64,000 nucleotides of DNA from Eledone cirrhosa (GCA_964016885.1 OZ024760.1:27714001-27778000), one strand, 5' to 3'; positions 13,911 through 30,162 are shown, counted from the stretch's first letter. Notes: generated by a model not told the origin, from the sequence alone. Numbers and translations: made by a program.

Positions 13911-14229
13911 GCGACTTGAAAACTCTGGTACAAACACTACACTTGTGACAATTATTGACACATAGTGCTGGGCCCATGGTACCATGTGAGATCTCCAGAT
14001 ATAAAGCAATACCTGTGCCGTGAAGCTTTTATAGTGAGCAAAGGCACTGCACAAAGCCAGTCCCACTCTCTTAACCAAGATGATATTTACCAAAAAGAAG
14101 AACAAGTCAAGATCATTGGATACCATCAGGGTTGCAGGTGTTATATCAGAGTTTTCCTTCTCCTAGAATTCTGCCTTGACAAACGCTAAGGGGTCATCTC
14201 TCCCGGTGATTTTGGATGGCCATTGACTC

Positions 14230-14362
14230 TTAAGAGCTCCTTTGCCCTTTGACAGGTTTTGTTTTTAGGCCTGCAGGATGTCCAAAGTCACCCTTCTCAC
14301 CAAGAAACCTTGGTGGGGTTGCCAGTTTAGTCGCCAACGACCCGATCATGAGACAGGTTGTA
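14230..14362 (+). repeat. Dispersed repeat shared with 24370-24500
   Basis: caggttttgttttt..ctgcagg.tgtccaaa.tcaccct...acaggttgta in both places. Confidence 0.7.
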
Positions 14363-14379
14363 TATATATACATACATAC

Positions 14380-14410
<31 letters not shown>

Positions 14411-14560
14411 CATACATACATGTATATGTGTATATATATATATATATACATACATACATGTATATGTATATGTATATGTATATACATGAGTTGAACAAGT
14501 AAACATTAAACAATCTTTTAAATAAATTAAAATATGATTTAAATATTTACCTCTTCTAGT

Positions 14561-14640
14561 GCCATGACCGACGGTTTCGTTTATCAAAAGATTGGAAATT
14601 CAGAGAATTTCCAATGGAAAGATATAGCTCTTCAGATAGC
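14561..14640 (-). ncRNA. Type I hammerhead ribozyme motif (GUC site)
   Basis: Reverse complement: gctat CTGAAGA [stem II incl. attggaaattc-tct-gaatttccaat] GAAAC cgtcg GTC atggc. Confidence 0.75.
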
Positions 14641-15036
14641 TTTTCCAAATCTACTAGACATAAGTCCGTATAGATGTAGATATATCACCCTCTGCCCAGT
14701 GAATGAATCAAGCCGTTAAAATGACCCACACACTTATTGGACCGTTAGAAAAAGCGGGAATTATAGACTCGCTGATATTTCATGCTGCTAAAAATAGCAG
14801 CATGATACAGCAATTTTTTCTCTACATTAAGGAGTATTAGATAAATGATATAGATATCCCAGTAGGTACTAGGTACCCACGGAAATATATATGGTGTCTA
14901 TAATAGTGATATATATATATATACATAAATACATGTATATGTATATATATATATATATATACATACATAAATATGTATATATATATATATATATATACAT
15001 ACATAAATATGTATATATATATATATATATATATAT

Positions 15037-15382
15037 CATCATTGCATCATCATTGCATTTTACGTCCGCTTTTTCCCTGCTTGCAAGGGTGGGACGGGAA
15101 CTGATTGTAGCTTGATTTCTACAGCTGGATGCCCTTCCTAACACCAACCTCATTTACAGTGAGTGCTGGGTGCTTTTTTGCCGTGACACCTCCACGACCA
15201 CTTTGCAGTGGAATGATATGGACCCCAGTCCCTATCATCTCATTTCTACAGCTGAGTAAACTGGAGCAATGTGAAATAAAGTGTCTTGCTCAAGGAAACA
15301 ACACATCACCCGGTCTGAGAATTGAACTCACAACCTCTCGATTGCAAGGCCAATGCTCTAACCACTAAGCCATATGCCTCCA
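15037..15382 (-). mobile_element. tRNA-derived SINE with RTE-like 3' tail
   Basis: Head ggaggcatatggcttagtggttagagc...gagttcaattc (A/B boxes), central ccttgagcaagacacttt, tail shared with RTE, (gat)n end. Confidence 0.88.
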
Positions 15383-15584
15383 TTAGTAATGCTAATAATA
15401 ATACAAACTAAATTCTTTTAACCTTGATTGTCCTCACTCTCCATTTTGCCTCCCCTCGGTGGTACAGGTGAACTGGGCATAGGGAAGATTTGTTTATACG
15501 TTTTGTCTTTTTTAAAGTGCATCCAATACGTCAATAAATATAATTTTAATAAGAAGAAAACCCAGAGAATATATATATATATAT

Positions 15585-15629
<45 letters not shown>

Positions 15630-15640
15630 CATACATATAT

Positions 15641-16592
<952 letters not shown>

Positions 16593-17571
16593 ACATATAT
16601 ATGACCAATGGGCAACAACACCCACTCATAGTTTGTAGTCCCTACGGTGGATTGTCCATCGGATCCTCTACTGGCTAGGAGTCAGCAAAACCACATTTAT
16701 TGAACCTGAGGACCCCCCCCCACCCCCCGGGAGTGGCCCACACAGGTAGAACAATTATCCCAAGGTACTAACCCTATACGCATGAATGAGTGCCCACAAC
16801 CGTGCGTTGTGTGTGTATACTGGGATTACGTGAATGTACACACTCATGTGAACGCAATGAAATACTAATACTCCAGGTTGCATTTGAAAAATGTTCGAAT
16901 GTATGCTTAGGAGTATATTTGTATATGCTCTCTTGTATGAGTGCACATGTGTATATAGACATACACACGCATCCAGAGGTATACAAGAGTGGGTGTGTGT
17001 ACCTGTATATGTCTGTACTCAGGGATTCGCCTAAGCTCCAAAGCCCCCAACCTATTGCTGTGAAGATATATATCACACTCTACTTTTGTCTAGTCTAAAC
17101 AATAACTTTTCCAAACACCCACTTTACTTTTCTTTAAAAATAGCACCCACCTCGTTTTATGTCTGCTTTATTATACTTGGATTTGGGGGCCTTCTGTGGT
17201 ATATATATATGCACTTGTGTGTACAAATATATATATATACACACCTGTATAGATTTGTGTGTGTGTGTCTGAGGGGGTAGGTGTGAGTGTATGTACAAGT
17301 CAACCAACATAAGGCTTTTTATTTGTAAACTTTCTAAGTATTCTACTCTAACTATAATTTTCAGTAGTACCACTCCACATAAATTTCTCAATTTAAGAAT
17401 GACCTGTAGTATCCATTTCATACTATAAACCTCAATTGAATATATATCTGACCAGGAATGCTTTTTGTGAAAATCAGTCATATGGAACTATTGTCATCTT
17501 GCCTGACAGTTTGAACTTTACAACACCACCTGCCTCTTTGAGGTCAAATACCAACCCTACTAGCATCTACA

Positions 17572-18350
17572 AACTAACAACATCAGAGACTTGGGAGTAA
17601 CCGTGGACAGCAACATAAGCTGGGCCACGCATATAAGCAGCAAAGTTGACATGGCCCGCAGAATGTGTTCCTGGATCCTCAGAACCTTCCAGTCGAGAGA
17701 TTCCCACACCATTATCCTTCTCTTCTCTACTTTTGCCCGACCACACCTTGAATACTGTTGTCCACTGTGGTCTCCCCACACGAAACAAAGTATCATGAAA
17801 CTTGAAGCTCCTCAAAGAGCAATCACGAAAAAGATAGATGGCATGTCAGACCTTGACTACTGGGGTCGACTAGAAAAGCTGAAACTTTACTCACTCCAAC
17901 GTCGCCGTGAGCGTTATATTATCTGCATGATGTGGAAAATGTTCCATCATCACTGCCCAAATGATGTTGGCATCGCCTTCAAGATACACCCAAGGCTTGG
18001 GCCCCGTGCTATCCGTCCCATACAAAAATCTAAATCGCAACTCATAACAACAATACGGCACAATTATTTCACCTCAATCGGCCCTGCTCTCTTCAACATC
18101 ACACCAGGACACGTCAAAACAGAAACTGACCACACAAAATTCAAGAAGTCTTTCGACAAATTCCTCCAAGTAATCCCGGACAAACCACCCACACCCGGAT
18201 ATGTCTCCGCAAACAGTAATTCTCTTCTCGAATGGGCCATGGTGCCCAAATCCTGAATTGAAAGACTTCGCCAGGTGGTGCTATTAAGTTAGACATGGCC
18301 TGGGCCAATACTGGCCAAAACATTTCAAAGTTATTCAAAGTTATTCAAAG
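17572..18350 (+). mobile_element. CR1-group LINE 3' end (5'-truncated copy)
   Basis: ORF 17591-18256 ([24 protein letters not shown]); tandem tail ttcaaagtta repeats. Confidence 0.9.
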
Positions 18351-18354
18351 TATG

Positions 18355-18448
<94 letters not shown>

Positions 18449-18464
18449 CATATATATATAAATA

Positions 18465-18613
18465 ATTATTTCTGAAGACGGCATATATATGTGTTTGGTA
18501 TGTATATTTAATTTTGATAGTTTGTATAATTTTGTATAATTTTGTACATAGATCTGTTGAATATGCATGCCAATTCTAACACATATATATCCTAGAAACG
18601 ATCGTTAAATAAT
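18465..18613 (+). ncRNA. Hammerhead ribozyme motif with long stem II (GUU site)
   Basis: attattt CTGAAGA c ggcatatatatgtgtt...aacacatatatatcc ta GAAAC gatc GTT aaataat. Confidence 0.7.
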
Positions 18614-18674
18614 GAACTTTTTTTGTTTAATATAAGGAACTGTTTCATTGTTTTATTCATTATTTTTTAAATAT

Positions 18675-19995
<1,321 letters not shown>

Positions 19996-22900
19996 GCGGA
20001 GACATATCCGGGTGTGGGTGGTTTGTCCGGGATTACTTGGAGGAATTTGTCGAAAGACTTCTTGAATTTTGTGTGGTCAGTTTCTGGTGTGATGTTGAAG
20101 AGAGCAGGGCCGATTGAGGTGAAATAATTGTGCCGTATTGTTGTTATGAGTTGCGATTTAGATTTTTGAATGGGACGGATAGCACGGGGCCCAAGCCTTG
20201 GGTGTATCTTGAAGGCGATGCCAACATCATTTGGGCAGTGATGATGGAACATTTTCCACATCATGCAGATAATATAACGCTCACGGCGACGTTGGAGTGA
20301 GTAAAGTTTCAGCTTTTCTAGTCGACCCCAGTAGTCAAGGTCTGACATGCCATCTATCTTTTTCGTGATTGCTCTTTGAGGAGCTTCAAGTTTCATGATA
20401 CTTTGTTTCGTGTGGGGAGACCACAGTGGACAACAGTATTCAAGGTGTGGTCGGGCAAAAGTAGAGAAGAGAAGGATAATGGTGTGGGAATCTCTCGACT
20501 GGAAGGTTCTGAGGATCCAGGAACACATTCTGCGGGCCATGTCAACTTTGCTGCTTATATGCGTGGCCCAGCTTATGTTGCTGTCCACGGTTACTCCCAA
20601 GTCTCTGATGTTGTTAGATGCCACGAGAGTTTCCCCGGAGGGAAGGGAGTACAGGAGTTTCAGAGCATCCTCTTTTCCAAAGTGGATCAGTTCGAATTTG
20701 TCTTCGTTCAGTAACATGTTGTTCTTTTCCGCCCATTGGGTAACAGCCAGTAGGTCTGACTGAAGGCTTATCCGGTCATCCACGCCATTGATGACCTTTT
20801 GAAGCTTGGAATCATCAGCGAAAATTTTAATGTTGCTGTGTTTGATGATGTCAGTGATGTCATTAATATAGATGATGAAGAGAAGTGGGCCCAACACAGT
20901 GCCTTGTGGGACCCCACTACTGACTTTGGCTGGGCTGGATTTGACTCCTTCAACTACAACATGTTGGGTTCTGTTTGACAGGAAGCTCTTGATCCACTGC
21001 AGCAGCTTTCCAGTGACACCAATATTGGACAGTTTTCTCAGTAGAATGTTATGATCAACCCTGGCAAAGGCCTTGCTGAAATCAAGGTAGATAACATCAG
21101 TGTTGGAACCCTCTCCCAAGGCTCTCAAAATGTCATCAAAGTGATGCAGTAGCTGCGTCAGGCAATCCCTTCCATTACGGAATCCATGCTGGTTGGAGTT
21201 CAGCATATTGTTACTCTCAAGGAAGTGGGTCATTCGCGATCTCACCACTCTCTCAAATACCTTAATGATATGAGAGGTGAGTGAGATTGGACGGTAATTC
21301 ACGGCAAGGGATTTGTTTCCCTTTTTGAAAACTGGGACAACAGACTGGGATAGAAGGTTTTCTGGCACATATCCAGCATCCAGTGAGTTTCGCCACAGAT
21401 TGGCAAGAGGAGATGCAAGTTGGTGTTGACACGCCTTCAAGACACAAGCAGGGAACCTATCGGGACCTACTGCTGAATTATGCTTGATTTCCTTTATTGC
21501 CGCTAAGACATCAGGGGCGCCAAACGTTATGTCCGATAAGGTGTAATGGGGAGTAACATCGCCGATACAGCCCAGATCGGCCATATCAGGATTGCTGAAA
21601 ACAGAGCAGTATTGTTTCTGCAGTATCTCACCCATGGTTTTAGCATTGTCTTGAAGAGTGCCATTTTCATCAATTAGAGGGCCAACAGTAGAGCCAGTGA
21701 TTTTGTGTTTTTTTGCAAATGAAAAGAACACTTTGGGATTGAGTTTGATCTTCTCAATGGCCCAGGCCTCTTCAGCTCTTCTCTGATTGTTGATGAGAGA
21801 CATTATGTTGTTTTGGAGGTTATGTTTTTTAATCTCTAGTGATGAAATGGCAGTCAAGTTGATGTGTTGCTGCTGACAGTATTTCAGCTTGTTGATTTTT
21901 TTGTTCGTTCTCTTAATTTTTCTGATGAGCGTTTTTCTATTTCTAGGGATTCTGTTCTTAGATTTGTTTATAGTTCTTAATGGGGTGTGTTTTGCACATA
22001 TGTTTGTAACAGTGTCCACAAATGTCTGCCAGGACTTTTTGATGTTAGTGGGTGTATGAGTGTGCGTGAAGGACCAGTCGACATGTGCAAGATCATGACT
22101 GATCGCTTCCCAGTTTGCATTGTGGAAATCCATAGCGTCAAACGGATGGACAGGAGAGATGACATTGGGTTTGTATATTGGACGGTGGAATCTCAGATCA
22201 CAGAGAACCATGTCATGATCAGAGAGTAGAGTTTTCTCCACTGCAATATTGTGGATATTGTCAGTGTGATTGCTGAAAATTAAGTCTAGGACGTTTTTGT
22301 GGCACCTCGTTGGTTCGAGCACCAGTTGGGATAGGAAGAAATCATCCATGAAGTCAAGAAGCGATTCCACTGCTTCCCTGTCAGAGGTTGAGGCAGAAGA
22401 ACCTGGTGGCAGGCTGTTTGTGGACCAGTCAACTCCGGGGAGGTTGAAGTCCCCCATCATTAAGATGTTGTCAGGGTGACACTCTTGGATGAAACACTTT
22501 ATGCTGTTGAGGCATTCCTTGAAGCATGGTACAGGCGTTTGGGGTGGCCTATAGAGCCCAACTACTATTAGATTGTTGGTTTGACTGAATACAGTGACTG
22601 CTTCGCAGTATCCATTAGTGAATATGTTCATAGCCTCTGTTGAGAAAGAATTATGGACATAAATGGCAGTCCCGCCCTTTCTTCTGCCAGCGCGATCAGC
22701 ACGGATGGCTTTGAAATTTTTCACTTTCACCTCGGCTTCCAAGTGGAGGTTACTGAGATGGGTTTCAGTGAGGACAAAGAAAGGGATGTGGTTTGGATGG
22801 ACATCAATCCAGTCCTCCAGGAATTTGATCTTCCATTTTTGAGTATTGGTGGAAGGGCTGATGCCTTGGGCGTTAAGCAAAAATGTAGAGGCGAGAGTGG

Positions 22901-23340
22901 ATGGTTTTAATTGTTTTGGTGTGTTGTTAATTTGTTTGTTAATGGCAGCAATGGGAGTTTGTGCAGTGGGGTGATAGTGGAGGGTGGTGCTGGGTGATAG
23001 CTCGAATGTTTTTTTCCAGTTCTTTTGCCAGATTCATTATGGCTAAAAAAGAGGAAGAAGTTTCCTGTTTAGAAGACTGTTGGTGACTGTGGTAGTGGTT
23101 TATGTAGGTTATGGTTTTTGTAATAACGGCATTCCTGTCTTAACGACATCACAACTTTCTCCGCTTGGCCTGTTTCCCCCCTTTTGGAACTTTTCCCCCA
23201 TTGATGGGCGTGAGCCCGAAATATTGGGATTAAATCTCTACTACGGTAACCATTCTACCTTTGTTTTGTTTTCATCTTTGTCTCTCTCAATTTTCACTTT
23301 CACCTGTTTTTCCTATCTATATTTCACTTCCTACCTCGAG
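19996..23340 (-). mobile_element. CR1-group (CR1/L2/Crack-like) LINE with open ORF2 (APE endonuclease + RT), 3' end lost in (TA)n
   Basis: ORF to 22880: LTETHL, GLYRPP, MGDFNLP, LDLIFSN, SDH; [39 protein letters not shown]. The 5' boundary is approximate. Confidence 0.93.
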
Positions 23341-23376
23341 ATTTCCCTTTGCATTGTTGTGGCTTTCTTAAATACG

Positions 23377-23419
<43 letters not shown>

Positions 23420-23491
23420 CTACATATATATATATGTATACATATATATATATATATATGTATACATATATATATATATATATATGTATAC

Positions 23492-23523
<32 letters not shown>

Positions 23524-23690
23524 GTATACATATATATATATATATATATATGTATACATATATATATATATATATATATGTATACATATATATATATATA
23601 CATATCTACATATATATATATATATATATACATATATATATACATATATAATAATATATAAGATCAAAAGATGGTTAAAAGAGTTCCATG

Positions 23691-23761
23691 TATTTTATTA
23701 TGCGCATTTCAAAAACAAATATCATCATGCAATAACATTTGCGTTTTCGTCAGATAAAATA
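23691..23761 (-). ncRNA. Minimal type I hammerhead ribozyme motif
   Basis: Reverse complement: tattttat CTGACGA aaacgcaaatgttat..atgatatttgttttt GAAAT gcgc ATA ataaaata. Confidence 0.75.
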
Positions 23762-24589
23762 GCGAGACATGATATGAAGGTTAAAACACACTTGTGAATG
23801 GTGCAGTTTTAAATCAACATATGAAAAGTAGTTTTAGATTGATGTGTAATATTGGGAAAAAATTGAGGGGGTGGGGGTGGAAAGGATGAAAAAGATGAGG
23901 AGATGAGAGTAAAAAGTGGAGGGGGAGGAGTATAATGAGGAAGGATGAGATAGGAGGAGAGATGGGTGATAGAGAGAGATAGCTTTTATAACTGAGAAAA
24001 ATATATTGTTTTACATAGAGAGGTTGAAAAACCGTTGGAAGATAATATATAAATTAAAAGAATTTGAAAATTAACGAAGAGAAAAATTTTAGAATAATGT
24101 TAAATTAAGGTTTGTATATTTAAGGGTTTAATAATTCGTTGATTCTTTCATGAACGTAGACCAGGGTCTCTATCCCATTTGAAATTTAAATAAATTAGAA
24201 AAAAAAAGTTAAAATGAAAAACAAAAGAAAGATTTTAAAAGGTTTTTAAAGGGATTCAAAAGGTTTCTTTGTTATCAAATATATATGTACACAGACAAAC
24301 GCACAATCAATCCTACACACACCCATACAGTATATACATATTTACACATTATTGATGGCTGTTATCTCTTATGAGTTCTTCCGCCTTTTGTCAGGTTTTG
24401 TTTTTTGTTCTGCAGGGTGTCCAAAATCACCCTCCTCATCAAGTAAACTTGGTGGGGTTACTGGTTTAGTTGCTGACAACCCGACCATGCGACAGGTTGT
24501 ACTGGGTTACATACCATCTGCCAGTGTTGTCGGGTGCTGGACAGGTGGACCGGTTAAATCTCTTCCTTGATGGTGAAAAGGTGTGGTCA

Positions 24590-25140
24590 CTGTTTGCTAG
24601 ACACGTTTTTCCCCAACTCGTCCCCTTGATGGAGCTGCAGTCCTTGATCAAGCGAAGACTGAGAGGAAGTGCTTGGAGATTGGATTCTCTTTAGGTGCTC
24701 ACAGCCCTCGACCAGTCGGGTGATGTGTTCAATGGAGACTCCACCTTGGCATTCTGTAGAGGGTTAGTTGAGGGCAAGAGCGACGACGTCCTTAGGGAAA
24801 CTCTGGGTGTTGACGAAAGCCAACTAGCTATTCTTTTCGGGAGGACTTTCTGTGCAGGGCCCATGGGTAATTTCCAGAAATCTCTGGCCTGGCAATGTTA
24901 CCGAGGAGTGTTACCAGTTCAAGATAAGCTCTACTGGCATGGCAGTGTTATCAGCTGGACCTGTCAGATGCATGTAGGGTGATGAGACCATCTGCATGCA
25001 TTCGTCCAGTGTCTGAGAATCGCTGATTTGTGGGTTTATGTCAAACATCTGTTGTTGCATGTATGATGGATCCGGCAATCAGCTGAGTCCATCATGAAGA
25101 TTGCCTTGCCACCCTCCTTTAACCAGTAAGGGCAGGCAGC
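24590..25140 (+). mobile_element. Degenerate Tx1/L1-like LINE C-terminal (zf-RVT-like) fragment
   Basis: LAWQCYRGVLPVQDKLYWHG...TC followed by ETxxH..VQC-like sequence across frameshifts. Confidence 0.55.
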
Positions 25141-25141
25141 T

Positions 25142-25268
25142 AGCTGTCAAAACAGCCGGAGCTCAGAGGTCAAGGTCCTGAATCTTTTCCTATTACCTGC
25201 TCTACTACTCTAAGTATTGAGTACTCTGGTGAGTTATGGTCTACCTGGGTTTTTACCACACCCTATCT
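25142..25268 (+). mobile_element. Degenerate family D tail
   Basis: ttcctattacc..ctctactac..taagtattgagtact..ggtg..ttatggtc is the reverse complement of 26605-26695. Confidence 0.65.
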
Positions 25269-25387
25269 GATATCTATCTATCTATCTATCTATATATATA
25301 AATCTATATAAATGTATGTATATATATATATCATTTATATATATATATATAAATCTATATAAATGTATGTATATATATATATATATC

Positions 25388-25441
<54 letters not shown>

Positions 25442-25653
25442 AATGTATGTATATATATATATATAAATGATATATATATATATATATAAATGTATGTATA
25501 TATATATATATATATATATCATTTATGTATATGTATATATATATATATATCATTTATGTATATATATATATATCATTTATGTATATATATATATATATAT
25601 AATTTATGTATATATATATATATATATCATTTATATATATATATATATAAATG

Positions 25654-26130
25654 TATTGTTATACTTGGGGAGGGTCATATTTGTGTAATATTGCCAGAAT
25701 TAATAGCAGAACACACTCACTGTTTGGTTGGTTTTCGCTTTTCACTTCTGTGTCCATTATATCAGTAACCTAATTTATTCGGTCCTCAATGTTGCCATTG
25801 ACTGACCAACGGTCAAAAATAGATACAATATAGACACAAACACATATATATAGTCTATATATATGTGTTTGTGTCTATATAGACTATATATATGTGTTTG
25901 TGTCTATATTGTATCTGTATTTTTGACCATTGGTCATTCAATGGCAACATTGAGGACCGAATAAATTAAATTAACCGATATAAAAGACAGAAGCGAAAAG
26001 CGAAAACCAACCAAACAGTGAGTGTGTTCTGTTATTAATTCTGGCAATATTATTACAACAATATGACCCTCCCCAAGTATAACAATATTTGTTTCGACAC
26101 ACGATTTCATATCAAAAACCTCGCAAAACT
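25654..26130 (+). mobile_element. Fold-back element, family B (~200-bp arms + ~45-bp tail)
   Basis: tattgttatacttggggagggtcata... / ...tatgaccctccccaagtataacaata, then tail tttgtttcgacacacg...gcaaaacta; TA-flanked. Confidence 0.8.
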
Positions 26131-26161
26131 ATATAAATGTATATATATATATATATATATC

Positions 26162-26201
<40 letters not shown>

Positions 26202-26243
26202 CAAAATATTAATAAATGAAGACATTCACATAAACAAAATATA

Positions 26244-26309
26244 TGTTTTATTATATATATTTCGAAGGTACAGTGCTGTTTTTTCAGTATGTCCTCGTCA
26301 GATAAAATA
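26244..26309 (-). ncRNA. Minimal hammerhead ribozyme motif
   Basis: Mirror image of 26348-26413. Confidence 0.72.
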
Positions 26310-26347
26310 CATGAATTGATCATTCAATTCCAGTATTAGCAGTCATG

Positions 26348-26413
26348 TATTTTATCTGACGAGGACGTACTGAAAAAACAGCACAGTACCTTCGAAATAT
26401 ATATAATAAAACA
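26348..26413 (+). ncRNA. Minimal hammerhead ribozyme motif
   Basis: tattttat CTGACGA ggacgtactg aaaaaacagca cagtaccttc GAAA tatat ATA ataaaaca. Confidence 0.78.
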
Positions 26414-26604
26414 TATATTTTGATTATGTGAATGTCTTCATTTATTAATATTTTGAATAATATTAATAACTCCAGAAAACTTCATTGTAGAGTGCTTTTA
26501 ATCTATTGTAAAACTATATTCATTGAGTTATCAATGAACCATATTAATCTTTGGTTATATACATATATATGTATATATAGATACACACACACACATATAT
26601 ATAT

Positions 26605-26802
26605 ATAACGGAGGAAATGTGGTAAGGAACCAGATGGACCATAACGCACCAAAGTACTCAATACTTAGGGTAGTAGAGTGGGTAATAGGAACGAGTAGGA
26701 CCCCGACGGCTGAGCTCAAGCCGTTTCGATGGCTAATTCTGGACTAAGAATTAGCCGTCGAAACGGCTTGAGCTCAGCCGTCGGGGTCCTACTCGTTCCT
26801 AT
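26605..26802 (-). mobile_element. Fold-back element, family D, with hammerhead 3' half on both arms
   Basis: Arms taggaacgagtaggaccccgacggc...aattc / gaattagccgtc GAAACGGCT tgagctc AGCCGTC ggggtcc; copies at 61415-61612 and 63255-63362. Confidence 0.78.
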
Positions 26803-26818
26803 ACACACACGCACACAC

Positions 26819-26883
<65 letters not shown>

Positions 26884-27062
26884 TATATATAGATACACAC
26901 ACACACACACACACGTATATATATATAACCCTAATAGCCTCATAGATATGCATGATAGAAGAAAAATTAGAAAAATAAACATTTAGACTTTGAGCCTAAC
27001 TCGAAACATAAACACATTAGATTCACAAAAGAAAGTAATCGACTCCTCCCCCTCCTAAATTT

Positions 27063-27101
<39 letters not shown>

Positions 27102-27169
27102 CCCCAATCACTTTATGTTTCTCTCTCTGTATATATATATATATATACACATATATATATATATATATG

Positions 27170-27415
27170 TATAAGTAGAAGGGGTATTTAATTTGTTGGA
27201 AGTCCGACAAATATAAATGTTTATAACTGATTTAGAGCACTCAACAGTTGGTGGAGTAAATATTCAATTATATTAAATAAATGGAAACTATATTTATAAA
27301 ACCATATTTATTTTATTATATATATTTCAAGGGTACCAAGACAACATTGGTACGCTTTCCTCTTACCAATGTGTCTTGGTACCCTTGAAATATATATTTA
27401 TTTAATATAATTGTA
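27170..27415 (-). mobile_element. Fold-back element, family A (second copy, folding within hammerhead stem II)
   Basis: Tail matches the reverse complement of 8495-8590; arms atatttcaagggtaccaagaca / tgtcttggtacccttgaaatat. Confidence 0.78.
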
Positions 27416-27463
27416 TATATATATATATATTATTATTATGTAATAAACAACATAAGGCAATTA

Positions 27464-27523
27464 TTCCATTTACCAGTGGTTTCTTAAAAGCAAAAGGTTT
27501 TGCTTTCAATCCTCAGAATGAAA
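27464..27523 (-). ncRNA. Hammerhead ribozyme motif (mirror of 33901-33960)
   Basis: Lies within the inverted arm. Confidence 0.75.
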
Positions 27524-27733
27524 AATCCTGGTTTGTTTATTGAATATGGATTCTAAAAACGAAAATGCAATCTATATGAAAGTGAGGCTGGAAAAGGGAG
27601 AAGGAAAGGAAAAATAAAATAAAATAAAACTACACATGCAAACACACACAAAAAAACCCAAAAGCATACTTACACACACACACATATATACACATATAAT
27701 TTGCACGCATACACACATACACATACACATACG

Positions 27734-27769
<36 letters not shown>

Positions 27770-27864
27770 CATACACATACATACACATATATATATATAA
27801 AAAGAGCGTACACCTACACACACATACACATATATATACACACATATACACATACATACACACG

Positions 27865-27898
<34 letters not shown>

Positions 27899-27924
27899 TA
27901 CATATACATACACATGTACATATC

Positions 27925-27962
<38 letters not shown>

Positions 27963-27993
27963 TACACATACATATACACACATATACACATAT

Positions 27994-28035
<42 letters not shown>

Positions 28036-28433
28036 GTGTGTGTACAAGCCTACACATACACACACACATATATATACACACACATATACATACATTCACA
28101 CAAACATACAACGTACATACAAACACATACATGAATGCACTCCACTACATATTAACACACGCAAATAAATATAAGAAAAAAATATATAAATAATATTAAC
28201 AAATATTTGACAGCGATACATGCCCCAGCTAACAGGACAGACACGCGTGGTAAGTAATACACACATAAGCGCATATACATACGTTCGAAATAGTAAACAC
28301 ATACACACACTCTCACACATAAATATACATATACAAATACATAAACACGTACATACACATACATACGCAAACACGTACACGTATACAATATAAACACACA
28401 CATGTATATGTAATTATATACACACACACACAC

Positions 28434-28480
<47 letters not shown>

Positions 28481-28763
28481 CATACAAAAATATAAAAATA
28501 TAAACGCACACACACATATAAATACGTAAACACACATATACATACATAGCTAAACAATTATACACATGCAAATACGTATATATCAAAAGAACGCACAACC
28601 AAATACAAACGCACACACATATATACACACACACACACCCACACACAAACCCACACATACATAAAAATAAATAAAAACACACGCAACATATACATACATA
28701 CACGTACATATACATATATACACACATACATATACATATATATATATACACGCATATATATAC

Positions 28764-28801
<38 letters not shown>

Positions 28802-28947
28802 GTACACGCACACATACACACATGCATACACATACACACACACATATACATGTGTGTATGTGTAAAGCTCAGTATTAGATAAGACAAATGAACCTTACAT
28901 AAACGTATATATAGTAGTAAAGTAATAAAGCCATACAAGGCAATTAA

Positions 28948-29005
28948 TCCATTCACCAGAGGTTTCTTAAAAGCAAAAAAAGTTTCCTTCAATCTTCAGA
29001 ATGAA
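28948..29005 (-). ncRNA. Hammerhead-like motif (mirror of 32419-32476)
   Basis: Lies within the inverted arm. Confidence 0.6.
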
Positions 29006-29392
29006 ATATACAAATATATACACACATACAGACACGCACACACACATATATATATATACATATATATATATATGTACATATATATATATATATATATATA
29101 CAGACATATATACACACATACACACACATACATATACACACATACATACACATATATATACATACACAAACATATACGTACACATATACATATATACACA
29201 CAAAAATACATACACATACACATAGGTATGTGAAGGGCAAAACAAAAAGAATATATGGGGTGGGGGGCCTAGAGGAGGTAAAAATATAAAGGGAGGTAAG
29301 GGAGAAAAAAATATATTTTTTAAATACAAGAGTACAGAAGGTAGAAGCAGCAAAATAAAAGCCGTAGCAAAAGTAAAGAGCAGAGAAGGAGT

Positions 29393-30161
29393 TCAAGGCG
29401 GTTGATTTATCGTAGGAGTGTCAATCCAGTTACAGATCAGATGCGATTTCAGATGAGGACAGCATCTGAAGATCTCAGTCTTAGAGTTAAGGCAAGCGGA
29501 AGTGTCTCTCAAGTTTAGCAAAATCCTATACTTTTCTGTGGTACACAAAGAACAATTCTTTGTGCCCCTTTGGTACTCCCTCGAATGGTCTAATATAGAC
29601 CAATCAATAGAGTACGGGATATTACTATCCTTGAGATCCCATACCTTACTTGCGAGGGCCGTTGATGTTCGTTTATCTGAGTGTTTAAAAGAAGCGACAT
29701 GTGAGTAAAATCTGGTTTTAAACCTGTCCTGGGTCATACCGACATATCGCTCGCTTCTGGCTGGCTGGTTGTTGATAACTGGCGTTATTTTAGCCTCATA
29801 AACGACAGATTTTGTTTTACATTTACCCTGCAATGGGCATTCATCCGGCTTCCTGCAACTGCATCCTGGATTTATCCTCGTACGGTTTGAACTGGTGATT
29901 TTGGATTTCATGGATGGACAACAAGAGTAGCTGATCTTAACTACATTCCTATTAAAAATCTTATAATATCTATGAATAGGAGGAAAATGTTTGTCTAATA
30001 GTTCAAGGAATTTCCTTCCTACATTAGTTTTGACATTTAGAGAGAAGGGGGGTGTGAACCAAATAATCTTCCTTTTCCTGTTATTATGGTTAGTTTTAGG
30101 GGGGGGAATAGGTAAATAAGAAATATTTTCTGTAAAACCGCTGTTCTTAAGGGCTTTATTA
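29393..30161 (-). pseudogene. Inverted duplicate of the GIY-YIG C-terminal coding region
   Basis: ORF 29393-29911 is identical to the last 172 aa of the + strand ORF. Confidence 0.9.
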
Positions 30162-30162
30162 C

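Larger units (their letters stand above)
26197..26556 (+). mobile_element. Fold-back element, family C (arms ~26197-26313 / ~26344-26461 + tail)
   Basis: Imperfect palindrome with complete hammerheads on both strands; TA-flanked. Confidence 0.82.

Noticed and set aside
15300-15382. tRNA genes
   Set aside because: tRNA-like heads are attached to SINE bodies; no complete cloverleaf.
17134-17481. 115-aa minus-strand ORF as a GIY-YIG fragment
   Set aside because: Similarity too weak to support.
25654-26130. Ribozyme in family B fold-backs
   Set aside because: No CUGANGA/GAAA core or other recognisable ribozyme consensus found by eye.
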